Origin: a virus
Length of the DNA: 64,000 nucleotides
Direction: 5' to 3' (one strand)
IMG/VR virus record: IMGVR_UViG_3300042923_001106
Span: 96,001-160,000 of that record
Below, piece after piece: positions 1 through 10,207 of this stretch. Below the pieces are notes generated by a model. It was not told the DNA's origin. It ran no database searches and was given only the letters and a program-made list of their open reading frames with translations. Every line of letters starts with the position of its first letter. The first letter of the stretch is position 1. Position numbers and translations under genes: made by a program.

Positions 1-60
1 TAATTACATTACATGAAAATGTCAACTACATTTTGTCAAGACGAACTGTAATTGAAATGA

Positions 61-429
61 GTGTATTTATATATTAATATTTACCTTAATAAAGTATGTA
101 AGGGGGATACATCAAAGTTATATATTAAGTGCAATACCGTGATGAACAAATCCTGCACTCATCAAATAAAAACTCAGCAAGGGGATGATTTTTTGAATAG
201 TAAAAATTATTCAATTGGATTTAAACGCATAGATTTGCGATGGGTTATTGTCTATGGTAATGCTGCATTGGTTGAAAAGTGGATATCAAAGAATGTAACT
301 GGTGGCAGGTTATATGGCGAGGTACATAAGTCGGAAGAAAAGATGAATAAACAGTTAGAGTATTATAAGAATGAATACGATGATGTATCCATACATAGAG
401 TTGAAGATGCGATAAAGGAAATTGCGTAA
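61..429 (+). CDS. hypothetical protein
   Basis: 122 aa ORF followed by an intrinsic terminator. Confidence 0.55.
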   Translation: MYLYINIYLNKVCKGDTSKLYIKCNTVMNKSCTHQIKTQQGDDFLNSKNYSIGFKRIDLRWVIVYGNAALVEKWISKNVTGGRLYGEVHKSEEKMNKQLEYYKNEYDDVSIHRVEDAIKEIA

Positions 430-450
430 GAGCTGAGAAATCAGCTTTTA
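430..450 (+). terminator. intrinsic terminator
   Basis: AGCTGA-GAAA-TCAGCT stem-loop followed by TTT(T). Confidence 0.7.
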
Positions 451-481
451 CATATCTTATTAAATAAAAGAATAAAATAAC

Positions 482-510
482 TTGTATAATATATATTAAT
501 GTGTTATTCT
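482..510 (+). promoter_or_regulatory. sigma-A-like promoter
   Basis: TTGTAT-17-TATTCT with upstream AATAAAA and TG extended -10. Confidence 0.45.
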
Positions 511-828
511 AATTGAGGGGATAATCCACTAATCAATAGATCGGCTGTGACATTTGTGAAGAAATTGGACGTAACAACTATTTTGCAACAAATGGGGATC
601 GATTGGGAAAAAGTGAAGAGGATTCTGAATAAGATCAGTTGATCGAAGGAGTCTTATCAATAAGACTCTTACATACTAAGATTATTCTGAAAAGTTTTTC
701 TTGTCGAGGAAGACCTAGCGTTAAAAAATAGCGCTGCAAAGCGATTATATAGATAAGATTATACTTAGGTGGTGATAAAATATCCCAATAAAAGATGAAT
801 TTCATCGGACGATTTGAGGTTAAACTAA

Positions 829-1746
829 ATGACATTAGAACCTACTTACGGAAGCTTTGACACCATTGGAATGGTGACCGGCCTTTCAAACGAAAGGTCA
901 TTTACCGAAGGACAGAAGGATGGGAATAACCCTTGGGTCAAAATCAATTTTGGGGTCAAGGTAAGTGATCGAGCGTTTGTATATGTTGAACTTATGGGTT
1001 CAAAAACACCAAATGTAAAAATCGCTTACCGAGATCCAATGACAAAGAAATTCAACAAGGAAGATTCGTTATTGATACCATGGGAATCAAGATATAATCC
1101 TAGTCGAATTAATTATGAAATACATATGCCAGTCAGGTTAAATCTTAATGAAAGTTCATCTGATGAGTCAATTTTAACTTCCTACGATGCTGCATGTGCT
1201 CTAAAAGAAAATTTGAATGACAGTGACATAGTTTATGTTCATGGAAATCTTCAGTTTTCGGAGTATGAAGGGAAATCAAAAGAAACGTATTGTGTAACGA
1301 GTCTTTCAAAAATAAAAGAAATGAATAAAGTAAATTACAAGCCGGTCGCTTCTTTTACTCAAGATTGTGTATTTTTGAACTGCAATAAAGATGATGAAAA
1401 GTTATTAATCGATACATACATAATTTGCAGGAAAAATGGAGATTTAACATGTATTCCTTATACGTTTGTTGCAAGATGTATTGATTTAATCGAGCATTTT
1501 GAGAACAACATTACATATGGATCATTGATTAAAGTTCATGGTAACATACATAATCGTGCCGATATTGTTAAGATTGATGGGCAACTTGTAGTAAAAGGAA
1601 TTGTTAAAGAACTAGAAATTAAAGGCGGCAATTTACTCGAAAAGGATAAGTACACCGAGGCAGATTTAACTTCAATTAGTAAAGAGAGCATTTTTGCGAC
1701 ACAGGGAACAGGATTTGGATCAATTGAGGAAGATCCGTTCGGTTAA
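829..1746 (+). CDS. OB-fold ssDNA-binding-like protein (paralog of the next gene)
   Basis: Two repeats with V(H)GN(L/I) strands, acidic C-terminus EEDPFG, similar architecture to 1865..2797. Confidence 0.6.
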   Translation: MTLEPTYGSFDTIGMVTGLSNERSFTEGQKDGNNPWVKINFGVKVSDRAFVYVELMGSKTPNVKIAYRDPMTKKFNKEDSLLIPWESRYNPSRINYEIHMPVRLNLNESSSDESILTSYDAACALKENLNDSDIVYVHGNLQFSEYEGKSKETYCVTSLSKIKEMNKVNYKPVASFTQDCVFLNCNKDDEKLLIDTYIICRKNGDLTCIPYTFVARCIDLIEHFENNITYGSLIKVHGNIHNRADIVKIDGQLVVKGIVKELEIKGGNLLEKDKYTEADLTSISKESIFATQGTGFGSIEEDPFG

Positions 1747-1864
1747 CTTGAAAGGATGTGAGTGTATAGTTAACGGTACTATAAGAAGTCCTCCATATTG
1801 ATTTAGTATATTATAAAAATAAAACATAAAAATAATAAAAAATTAAGGGAGATGTCCATACGTA

Positions 1865-2797
1865 ATGTCCGAGAAAAAAGAATTGCGTCAAGCCGAAAAC
1901 GTAGCAAAAATTGAAGGTATTGTTGCAGATATTCGTATTGAAACAAAAGAAGTAAATGGTAAACCGGCTATCAGTGGAGAAATTGATATTCTAGTCGGTG
2001 AAGATACTCATACAGTGAATGTATTTTCTTATAAGAAGAATGGAGAAGGGAAAGAGAGCGGACTATACAAGGGGTTTGTAACGGTCATGAACGATTACAA
2101 GTCCATTAAAGCACATGGAAAAGATGCTGCCGATAAAGTACGCATTACTCAAGGTCAAATCGATCTGAATGATTACTATGGGGCAGACGGACTATTGCGA
2201 TCCTTCCCACAACTCAAAACAAACTTTGTCAATCGTCTTCAGTCCGGGGATACATTTGAACCAAAGGCAGAGTTTACCCTTGAGATGGTAATTGCAGTGG
2301 TTAAGGAAGAAATGAAAGATAATGAAGCAACAGGTCGAGCGATTATTAAAGGATATGTCCCCGTTTATGGGAATAAAGTAATTCCATTCGATGTAGTAGT
2401 TGCTGAGAAAAAAGCCGTAGACTATGTTACCTCTAATTATGAAAAAGGAACAACAGTTACTGTCCACGGTGAAATTGTAAATAAGAAAGTTCTTACTACA
2501 AAAGAAGTTGAAGTTGAATTCGGTGATCCGAAAGTGGATACTTCTGAGCGAACTGTTCGAGAGTATTCTGTTAAGGGCGGGACAGCACCAAAAGACCAAG
2601 AAGATGTAAAAGCTTATAAAGTTGCTGATATCAAAAAGGGACTCGAAGAGCGAGAAAAGATGCTTGCCGAAAAGAAAGAGAAAGCAGCGAAGAAGGATAG
2701 CAACAATTCTTCATCCAACAAGAGCAAAGATCCATTTGGCGATAGTGAAGCCTTTGGAAAACCGATTGACATTAGCGATGATGACCTTCCTTTTTGA
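1865..2797 (+). CDS. phage single-stranded DNA-binding protein (SPbeta YorF-like)
   Basis: Tandem OB-like repeats, lysine-rich linker, SSB-type tail DDDLPF; directly upstream of a YorG-like ATPase. Confidence 0.75.
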   Translation: MSEKKELRQAENVAKIEGIVADIRIETKEVNGKPAISGEIDILVGEDTHTVNVFSYKKNGEGKESGLYKGFVTVMNDYKSIKAHGKDAADKVRITQGQIDLNDYYGADGLLRSFPQLKTNFVNRLQSGDTFEPKAEFTLEMVIAVVKEEMKDNEATGRAIIKGYVPVYGNKVIPFDVVVAEKKAVDYVTSNYEKGTTVTVHGEIVNKKVLTTKEVEVEFGDPKVDTSERTVREYSVKGGTAPKDQEDVKAYKVADIKKGLEEREKMLAEKKEKAAKKDSNNSSSNKSKDPFGDSEAFGKPIDISDDDLPF

Positions 2798-2829
2798 CTA
2801 TAAATGTAAAATAAATAAAGCAAAGCAAT

Positions 2830-2855
2830 GGGGTAGTTAAATAAACAACTGCCCC
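2830..2855 (+). terminator. stem-loop / probable terminator
   Basis: GGGGTAGTT...AACTGCCCC hairpin. Confidence 0.5.
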
Positions 2856-2885
2856 TTAATAAAAAATAGGAGGAAAATAATTTAA

Positions 2886-3878
2886 ATGTCATTAGATATC
2901 TTTAATCCGCAAATTTCCGTTATTTCGAGTGGTCTTGAAGGAAAGGTAATATTGATTTATGGTAGCAACTCCTTAGGTAAAACGTTTCAAACCACAAGAA
3001 TGAAAAAGCCTTACTATTTAGGTTTTGAAAAAGGGCTTGGAGCAATCTCAGGGATTCCATTTGCACCGATCAATAAATGGAGCGACTTCAAAAAGGTTAA
3101 TCGTCAGTTAACTTCTCCTTCGACACTAGAAAAAGCAAAGGAACTTTATCAAACGATTATTTTTGATGAGGTAGAAGCTTCTGCACGGTATTGCCAAAAA
3201 TATATTTGTGATTTGTACGAAGCAGATAGTATTAAAAGCGGTAACGAAGGGTACGGTTTGTGGAAGGAATATGAACTTGAATATTGGACTGAGATTGATA
3301 AATTGTTAGGTGCTGGTTATACAATTGCTTTTATTGCACATCAAGACTTCAGTAAGGAATTAGATAAAATTTATCCTAAAGGTGACAAACGTGCTTTAGC
3401 ACCGATTGTTGATAATAGCGATGTAATTGTTTACTTGCGCTCAAATGGTATTGATGAGAAAAACAATGTCATTAAATCAAGTGCATATTTTAATGAGACT
3501 AAAGAATTTTTCGCTCGTAGTCGATTTAATTATATTCAAAATCATCTTCCTGAATTTACGGCAGAAAATTTGGAGCAAGCACTAATTCAAGCAATTAAAA
3601 AGCAGGAAGAAGTTGAAGGAATTAAGTCGGTTACATATGAACAAAAGAAAGAAGTATACGATTCTGGCGAACTAGACTTCGATAAAATTGTAGCAGAGAT
3701 CAATGAGTTGGGTAAAAAATTCCAAGCAGCTAAACGACTTGTAGAATGCACTGAGATTATTGAAAGACACATTGGAAAAAATAAAAAGATTAAAGAATGT
3801 ACGAAATCACAGGTTGAAGCATTATCGCTTATCCTAGACGAGATTAAAGAGTTGCCACAACCTCAAGTAGAAGCATAA
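2886..3878 (+). CDS. P-loop ATPase, YorG/Sak4-like (AAA_24) recombination or annealing protein
   Basis: LIYGSNSLGKT Walker A, IIFDE Walker B; follows SSB. Confidence 0.75.
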   Translation: MSLDIFNPQISVISSGLEGKVILIYGSNSLGKTFQTTRMKKPYYLGFEKGLGAISGIPFAPINKWSDFKKVNRQLTSPSTLEKAKELYQTIIFDEVEASARYCQKYICDLYEADSIKSGNEGYGLWKEYELEYWTEIDKLLGAGYTIAFIAHQDFSKELDKIYPKGDKRALAPIVDNSDVIVYLRSNGIDEKNNVIKSSAYFNETKEFFARSRFNYIQNHLPEFTAENLEQALIQAIKKQEEVEGIKSVTYEQKKEVYDSGELDFDKIVAEINELGKKFQAAKRLVECTEIIERHIGKNKKIKECTKSQVEALSLILDEIKELPQPQVEA

Positions 3879-4020
3879 GATAGCCATTTAAATAATCATT
3901 TCATTCGGAGGCATTACAGTTGAGTCGAGGACTGTAGGGTGGTTGGGGATGCTCAAATGGCGTGGGAAGCCATTAAAATAAATGAATATAATATATAAAA
4001 AGTCTAAGTTTATTGGAGGC

Positions 4021-4569
4021 ATGATGAGGAAGGCAGAGGTTAGCCTATCTGTTGGATTGATTGGGTTCAGTTTAGTTGGACTTTTTTTGATACTAACCAA
4101 CACAACAGAAATTAAAAACACGACTTCAATAGATGTTGTCGCTAAACAGACCGAGGTTGAGCAAGAATTTTTGAATGCTAATACATCATCTCCAGAATCA
4201 ATACTGTTGAGTGCCGAACCAAGAGTAGAAATAGAACTATCCAAAGAAACAAAAGAAGAACTCGCTATATTCGCTGTTACGGCGTACACATCGGGCTACG
4301 AGTCAACTCAAAAGAAAAAAGGTGATCCGTTATATGGAATTACAGCCAGTGGAGAACGTGCTGTAGAAGGTCTAACAGTCTCTGCAGATTGGAGAGTGTT
4401 GCCAAAAGGGACTCGAGTTTATATAGAGGGAATTGGTGAAAGAGTCGTGCAAGATAAAGGTGGCGCAATAAAAGGAAATAAACTGGACGTATATTTTGAA
4501 AGTTTAAAAGACGCCAAGGCATTCGGTAAACAAAAATTAGCAGTAACAATATTGGAAAGAGGTGATTGA
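4021..4569 (+). CDS. 3D-domain cell-wall protein with N-terminal membrane anchor
   Basis: VTAYT...TASG...ADWRVLPKGT...VQDKGGAIKGNKLDVY. Confidence 0.9.
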   Translation: MMRKAEVSLSVGLIGFSLVGLFLILTNTTEIKNTTSIDVVAKQTEVEQEFLNANTSSPESILLSAEPRVEIELSKETKEELAIFAVTAYTSGYESTQKKKGDPLYGITASGERAVEGLTVSADWRVLPKGTRVYIEGIGERVVQDKGGAIKGNKLDVYFESLKDAKAFGKQKLAVTILERGD

Positions 4570-4843
4570 AATTAGTTTTTCTGCATCTGAACGAGAGACT
4601 GTAATTCAGACTGATGATGAGAGTGGTAAATATAAAATCTACACATTACAACAAAAAGTGCAAACCAAACTAAAGAGAGCAAACATATTACCATATAAAA
4701 CTGATACTGACGGTGCAATGTACTTCGAATTAGATTTTAATCAAATAAGTTTTCGTGCTAAGAGTGATAAGCCTAAGCGAGTAATGAGTGATGAACACAA
4801 GGACAAGTTGAGGAAAGGGAGGGAAGCAAAATCAAGATTATAG
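4562..4843 (+). CDS. hypothetical protein
   Basis: 93 aa ORF overlapping both neighbours. Confidence 0.65.
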   Translation: MIEISFSASERETVIQTDDESGKYKIYTLQQKVQTKLKRANILPYKTDTDGAMYFELDFNQISFRAKSDKPKRVMSDEHKDKLRKGREAKSRL

Positions 4844-5436
4844 CAATCGAGGGCTTAGATAAATCAGGGAAAGCAACCCAATCTAATATGTTGTATAAAA
4901 AAATTGAACAATATGGCTATAAAGTTGCCAAAAGTGAATTCCACCGATACGACACGAATACTGGAAAACTCATTATGGATTGGTTAACTCGAAAATGGGA
5001 TGTGAGTCAAAAGTCTATTGAATTGATTATGGCTGCCGACAAGCAAGCACAGCAGGAATGGTTTTCTCAACTCGATAAAGAAGGTTACGACTACCTTATT
5101 CTAGACAGGTACACGCTAAGTCAAGCTGCATATGGTGTAGCCAATGGGATTCAAGGATCATGGATAATTGAGTTGCAAAAGTATATGCGCAAACCTGATT
5201 TAGACATAGTAATCGACATTCCTGCTGAAATCAGTATGAGTCGAAAGGGTAAACACAACAACGGTCAAAACGATAAGTATGAATCCGACTTAGAAATGTT
5301 GAAGCGTGTTCGGGAGAACTATAAATCTTTTTCTACATACTACTCAGCACCCGTAAAGAAAATAGTTGATGGTACAAAATCGATTGAGGAAATACATAAT
5401 GAAATCTTTAATATTGTTCTGGGGGTAGGAAGTTGA
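4831..5436 (+). CDS. tmk: thymidylate kinase (probable ATC start)
   Basis: IAIEGLDKSGKAT P-loop upstream of the first ATG (4888), LDRY motif; SD GGAGG about 9 nt before ATC 4831. Confidence 0.85.
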   Translation: MKIIAIEGLDKSGKATQSNMLYKKIEQYGYKVAKSEFHRYDTNTGKLIMDWLTRKWDVSQKSIELIMAADKQAQQEWFSQLDKEGYDYLILDRYTLSQAAYGVANGIQGSWIIELQKYMRKPDLDIVIDIPAEISMSRKGKHNNGQNDKYESDLEMLKRVRENYKSFSTYYSAPVKKIVDGTKSIEEIHNEIFNIVLGVGS

Positions 5437-5744
5437 GCACAAAAGTAGTTTACATTTCAGGGCCAATGACTGGCGTAAAGGCCAATAATTTTCATGAATT
5501 TAATCGTGTAGCAGCCATTTTAAGGAATAGCGGATATGAAGTTATCAATCCTGCAGATCATGGGTGTTCGGAAAGTTTATCATGGTCAGATTATATGAGG
5601 ATGGATATTGCGGATCTCATTGAGTGCGATCTAATTGCTACTCTTGATGGGTGGGAACTCTCAAAAGGAGCAAGATTAGAGGTACATATAGCAAAAGAAT
5701 TAGGAATGGATGTTTTGGATTATCGTGAGCTGATCAACAAATAA
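5433..5744 (+). CDS. DUF4406 / nucleoside 2-deoxyribosyltransferase-like protein
   Basis: VYISGPMTG...INPA...LDGWELSKGARLE. Confidence 0.85.
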   Translation: MSTKVVYISGPMTGVKANNFHEFNRVAAILRNSGYEVINPADHGCSESLSWSDYMRMDIADLIECDLIATLDGWELSKGARLEVHIAKELGMDVLDYRELINK

Positions 5745-5784
5745 AATATATTTTTTATTGGATAGAGAAAAGGAGAATTTGAAA

Positions 5785-6054
5785 ATGGAAAACATTAAAT
5801 TGGTGGCAGAAAAACTTAAAGAAATTGAGGAGTTCGTAAAGAAAAATCTAAGTACTCATTATGATGATGTGCTTGAACATGTTGAATACAAACTAGATGC
5901 CGTGAAACAGATTGCTCAAGCCAACCATATTCCTTTGATCGTTACTGCGGAGGATATTATCAACAAGTACCGTGAAGAAGAAGAATCATCTGAATATGAG
6001 GAAGAGAGTAGTAGTTATTATTATGAAGAAGAATCATCTTATTATGAAGAATAG
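5785..6054 (+). CDS. small protein with Glu/Ser/Tyr low-complexity tail
   Basis: C-terminus EEEESSEYEEESSSYYYEEESSYYEE; SD AAGGAG. Confidence 0.75.
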   Translation: MENIKLVAEKLKEIEEFVKKNLSTHYDDVLEHVEYKLDAVKQIAQANHIPLIVTAEDIINKYREEEESSEYEEESSSYYYEEESSYYEE

Positions 6055-6065
6055 GAGATTAACAA

Positions 6066-7049
6066 ATGATCGTTATAGGATCTAAGGCACTAACTTTTCG
6101 GTTAGAACAAACAGAAGAAGTTGTTGAACGGTGGTATAAAACGGACTATGACGTTTTGATGAGTATCGATGAATTCAAATCGTGGTGTAGCAGGTATAAA
6201 GAAGAGATAATTAAACTCTACCCAACGCAGGAGAATAAGTATAAAGCCATTCTTTCTAAATATGGTAGGAAGAAACAATACGAAATCGAGATTGGATATG
6301 AAGGAACATCTGCAGAATTCTTATTGAAACACGAACAGAATGTTACCGACTGTGCTGTATTTGGTTACTTTGGCGAATTGTTCAATGCACTCAGCCTTCA
6401 ATATCAGTTTTTAACCAAACGCTCTCATTTGATTTATCCGGTACATTTCGAGAAAAATATGAACGACTACCATCTTATAAAGTCGCTCATTGGAGATTTC
6501 AAAAGAGATGAGCTAATGCAGGAGTATTATAAATTGCGCGCTGCCGAGGCAAAGGAACGGTACAGTCGATTTAAGACGCCAAAATTGAATGTTACAAACG
6601 AAGACTTCTTTAGTTCAAAGTTGGCAGTTGAAAATTACTTTGTACATGACGACATTCATGAGGTAATGAAGCATCACGATGTCCCTGTTTATGAAATGAT
6701 GAAGCGAGATTTTGGATTGGCCAAATGTGAAAAAGATATGTTCTTTGCATTGCCTTATGATTATCAAATTCAAGCTGTTCAAGAAGAAGCGTACACTATA
6801 GCCTTAGAAAGATACATAGTACCCCAAGCAGGAGAGGATTGGCAGAATTACTTAAATTGCTATAAGAAAGCACTAATGCGAATCTGCACAACCCTTTGTT
6901 CTGGATGGTTCAGGAGCTTTGCTATCGAAAACTATAATGTTATAGTCGAAAGGTACAATCCTGATTTTGTGAAGAGGTTTAAGGCAGCTTTTGATACAGG
7001 AGAAATTAAGGCACTCGAAGACAAAGTTGTTCCAGAAATGATTGCTTAA
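6066..7049 (+). CDS. putative Pol-beta-superfamily nucleotidyltransferase
   Basis: N-terminal hGS...DxD signature (VIGSKAL...TDYDVL); later HDDIHE motif. Confidence 0.6.
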   Translation: MIVIGSKALTFRLEQTEEVVERWYKTDYDVLMSIDEFKSWCSRYKEEIIKLYPTQENKYKAILSKYGRKKQYEIEIGYEGTSAEFLLKHEQNVTDCAVFGYFGELFNALSLQYQFLTKRSHLIYPVHFEKNMNDYHLIKSLIGDFKRDELMQEYYKLRAAEAKERYSRFKTPKLNVTNEDFFSSKLAVENYFVHDDIHEVMKHHDVPVYEMMKRDFGLAKCEKDMFFALPYDYQIQAVQEEAYTIALERYIVPQAGEDWQNYLNCYKKALMRICTTLCSGWFRSFAIENYNVIVERYNPDFVKRFKAAFDTGEIKALEDKVVPEMIA

Positions 7050-7094
7050 TTAATTTTATATTAAATAAAATGTTTTAATATACGGAGGAGTGAT

Positions 7095-8108
7095 ATGAAA
7101 TAAAGATAGTAGGATTATTTAGTGGGGCCGGTGGTTTAGAATTAGGGTTTAAAAAACAAGGATTCGAATTTGAGTATGCTCTTGACTACATGCCAGCAGC
7201 CTGTGAAACAAATAAACGAAATCTTGGAAATCATATCGTTTGTAAAGACATAAGGCATGTTAGTGCAAGAGAAATTCCAAAAGGCAGTGGATACATTTAC
7301 CTGATCGGGGCATCTTGCAGAGGATTTAGTAACTCGAATATGAAGACGTCATTTTTGGAGAATCCAGATAATGAACTTACATATGATTGGATAAATAAAG
7401 TAAAACATAACAAACCGGATATTATTATATCTGAAAACGTACCACAAATCCTTACAAAATTTAATGGAGCTTTCGCACAAGAGATAATTGACAATTTATC
7501 AGATGTTTATCATATAGAGGTGAAAGTTCTAAACGCTGCTGACTACGGAGTCGCCCAAGACAGAAAACGTTGCATTATGATTGGCAGCCGTATTGGTGCA
7601 ATTAAACATCCTGAGCCGACACATAAAACTTGGAAGACTGTTGGGGAAGCGCTTGAGGGATTACATGATGGAGTTCCTAATCAGACGAATATCCGTAAGT
7701 CTTCTAGTGAGGTGATACAGCGATTTAAGCAAGTTCCGCAGGGTGGAAATTGGAGAAACATTGGAGAGTTCGCAGGAAAGGATAAACATTCGATTCTGTA
7801 CCGTCGATTAACTTTTGATGAGACTTAGTCCTACGTTCCCTCATGCTGGAAAGAATCTCGTGCTGCATCCTTCAAATGATCGAATTCTTTCAGTTCGTGA
7901 GTGTGCAAGAATCATGAGTTTTCCCGATGATTTTGTTTTCTATGGTGGACTTACCGACATGTATCAGCAAGTTGCAAATGCAGTTCCTCCATTGATGGCG
8001 GAGGCAATTGCAAAAGAAGTCAGAAAATTAATAAATATAAGCAATACATATAAGAACAAGTTTAGTATTCAAAGAATAAATGAAGATTCAATGCAGGACG
8101 CTAATTAA
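7095..8108 (+). pseudogene. DNA (cytosine-5) methyltransferase, frameshifted twice
   Basis: LFSGAGG motif I out of frame with ATG 7095; ENV motif VI, QDRKR motif VIII, motifs IX-X in a second frame after about 7822. Confidence 0.85.
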
Positions 8109-8145
8109 TCGGGGAATAAAATAATGTTTTTATTAGGAGAAGGTA

Positions 8146-8523
8146 ATGAGAGAGGAAAAACAGACGATTTATATCACAGATGATGGTAAGGCATTTACTG
8201 ATAAAAAAGAAGCAACGATTCATGAAACTAAGTTAAATAATGTTAAAAATTACTTAGTCAGATACTCTCCTGATTTAACCGAAGGAAGAGGATTTCAGGC
8301 AGCAGGGATCGTTATGGTTCATGCTAAGGGTTCGCATAAGGAGTTTGTTGAACATTGGTGTTATAAAAAGTTTGGAAACAGAATCGATTTTTGCATGGGA
8401 GCGTATGGCTCAAACGCAATCACTGACTCTTGGGATATCAAAGAAGCAAGTGAAGACGATTTAAGAAAGTACGATATCCTATATAGGATTGAAGAAAACT
8501 TTGTAACAAAAATATGGAATTAG
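8146..8523 (+). CDS. hypothetical phage protein
   Basis: 125 aa, good SD. Confidence 0.7.
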   Translation: MREEKQTIYITDDGKAFTDKKEATIHETKLNNVKNYLVRYSPDLTEGRGFQAAGIVMVHAKGSHKEFVEHWCYKKFGNRIDFCMGAYGSNAITDSWDIKEASEDDLRKYDILYRIEENFVTKIWN

Positions 8524-8556
8524 ACAATATAATCGGCTTTTCGTTGGGAGGGGTAT

Positions 8557-8847
8557 ATGGCACATTATTATGATCGCGAATATGACTTGAAAGAAATGAA
8601 AGAGAGAGCGCATAAGAAGATAGACTTTTACAAAGTTGAAACTACAAAAATTAATCAATTCCTAAAAGAAACTAACTTGCACAGCATTGATATACCTGAA
8701 CCAATAAGTAGGCATATTGATAATATTTTATCAAATTTCGGACATTATGTCGCTAATGAAAATACGTGGATCGGTAAGGCAAATCTAATGCTCAGTCTAG
8801 GAAAGAGATATCTTGATTTTGATGATTATCATGAGCACTTTAAGTGA
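8557..8847 (+). CDS. hypothetical protein
   Basis: 96 aa, SD GGAGG. Confidence 0.7.
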   Translation: MAHYYDREYDLKEMKERAHKKIDFYKVETTKINQFLKETNLHSIDIPEPISRHIDNILSNFGHYVANENTWIGKANLMLSLGKRYLDFDDYHEHFK

Positions 8848-8887
8848 ATGAAATTGGACATTTATTTGGAATAAGAGGGTAGATAAC

Positions 8888-9154
8888 GTGATCGAAAAGA
8901 GACTAGATAATGAGGGTTGCATTCTAACTATACATAGTGCTGTCAGAAACGATACGATGAAAGTCTATTGGAACGCAGACACACCAGAGAGAAGTAAGGA
9001 AATATCAAACGGCGAAGAAATATTTATTTTTGTACAATCTTTTCATTCGAAAAGAATGGAATCAAATTCAATTTCATTGTCTATGGATGAGGCTGAGTGT
9101 CTGAGAGACGTATTAGATCATATGATAAGTGAACTTAAGAAGATGCAAAACTAA
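8888..9154 (+). CDS. hypothetical protein
   Basis: 88 aa, SD GAGGG. Confidence 0.65.
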   Translation: MIEKRLDNEGCILTIHSAVRNDTMKVYWNADTPERSKEISNGEEIFIFVQSFHSKRMESNSISLSMDEAECLRDVLDHMISELKKMQN

Positions 9155-9200
9155 GACCAATGAAACTGGAGTTTCATTGGATGATAAATCGGAGGATCAT

Positions 9201-9395
9201 TTGAGACTAGATATAATGACTGATATTGAAACACTAGGGACTAAACAAGACGCAACAATCTTTCAAATCTCTGCTGTAGCGTTCGATATCATGACTGGAG
9301 AACACATTTCAACATTCAATCAGATCGCTGATATTGAGAAGAATGCTATTGTACGTGTAGACGGCTCAACAATTAAATGGTGGCTGAATACTAAC
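9201..9395 (+). pseudogene. 5' fragment of a DEDDh 3'-5' exonuclease (Rv2179c/ExoVIII-like), interrupted by an IS
   Basis: IMTDIETLG...IFQISAVAF...TIKWW, then an abrupt switch to GC-rich IS sequence. Confidence 0.8.
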
Positions 9396-9899
9396 AACTC
9401 ACATTCCGCACCCCTATGACTCTAAAAATGGCGAATTTTGGTGTATGCTAGAGTCATAGAAATGAGAGTCGGGAGCGAAGTGTGGGCATGCAAATCGAAA
9501 ATTTTTATGAAGTCGGCTATCTTCCTTTACTAAGCGGAATCATGAACGATTTGGGACTCCGCAAGAAGATCGATCAATTTGTACCTGTCGATTCGCAGTG
9601 TTGGACTACTGCAGGCGAAGCCGTCCAGTTGTTGTTGCTCGACATGCTGAGCGGTCGAAATGCCCTGATGAATGTAGACAAATGGGCAGCGGAGCAGGAC
9701 TTGGATCAACTGCTCCGCCCCGGTCTGCAAGCGTCCTGGTTCAACGATGACGCACTCGGCCGCCATTTGGACCGGCTGTATGAGGCGGATATCCATCAAA
9801 TCTACTCCGCTTTCCAACTGCACGTGTACCAGCACGAGCGCATCCCGATGGGCGTCTTCCACGGCGATACGACGAGCATGTCTGTCTATGGCGATTATA
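9396..9899 (+). mobile_element. truncated IS1634-family element (left end plus 5' transposase, DUF4277-like)
   Basis: GC-rich island; ORF from 9482 with LGLRKKID, FNDDALGRHLDRLY and HGDTTS (first catalytic D), truncated about 9899. Confidence 0.85.
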
Positions 9900-10003
9900 G
9901 GTCAGGTTATTGTTAAGACACTTATGCAGGGAGCCGGTAGTCTTGTAATTGGTAAACTAAACAAGCAATAAAAGGGTCATTTCATTGCGATAGGAGATAG
10001 AAA

Positions 10004-10168
10004 ATGATTTATTTAGTAATCAAGAGAAAAATATATAATGATACATACACTGTACGTTACGCACTAGTAAATAAAGAATTAGCAGAGAGTTTTGTAAAGT
10101 GGGCAAACCACGACAACCAAGACGAGGATACGGTTTATGAATTATTAGAACAATACGTTATAAAATGA
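10004..10168 (+). CDS. small hypothetical protein (54 aa, absent from ORF track)
   Basis: SD AGGAG, ATG, flanked by palindrome copies. Confidence 0.55.
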   Translation: MIYLVIKRKIYNDTYTVRYALVNKELAESFVKWANHDNQDEDTVYELLEQYVIK

Positions 10169-10207
10169 TGATGAAATTAAGATTGCATTGGAATAGTAGG
10201 AGGAGAA

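Noticed and set aside
649-668. 9-bp inverted repeat GAGTCTTAT-CA-ATAAGACTC
   Set aside because: Single copy with no associated ORF or second site; could be an operator but unsupported
9747-9971. 74-aa ORF spanning the IS junction
   Set aside because: Chimera of an IS alternative frame and a deleted phage gene's tail
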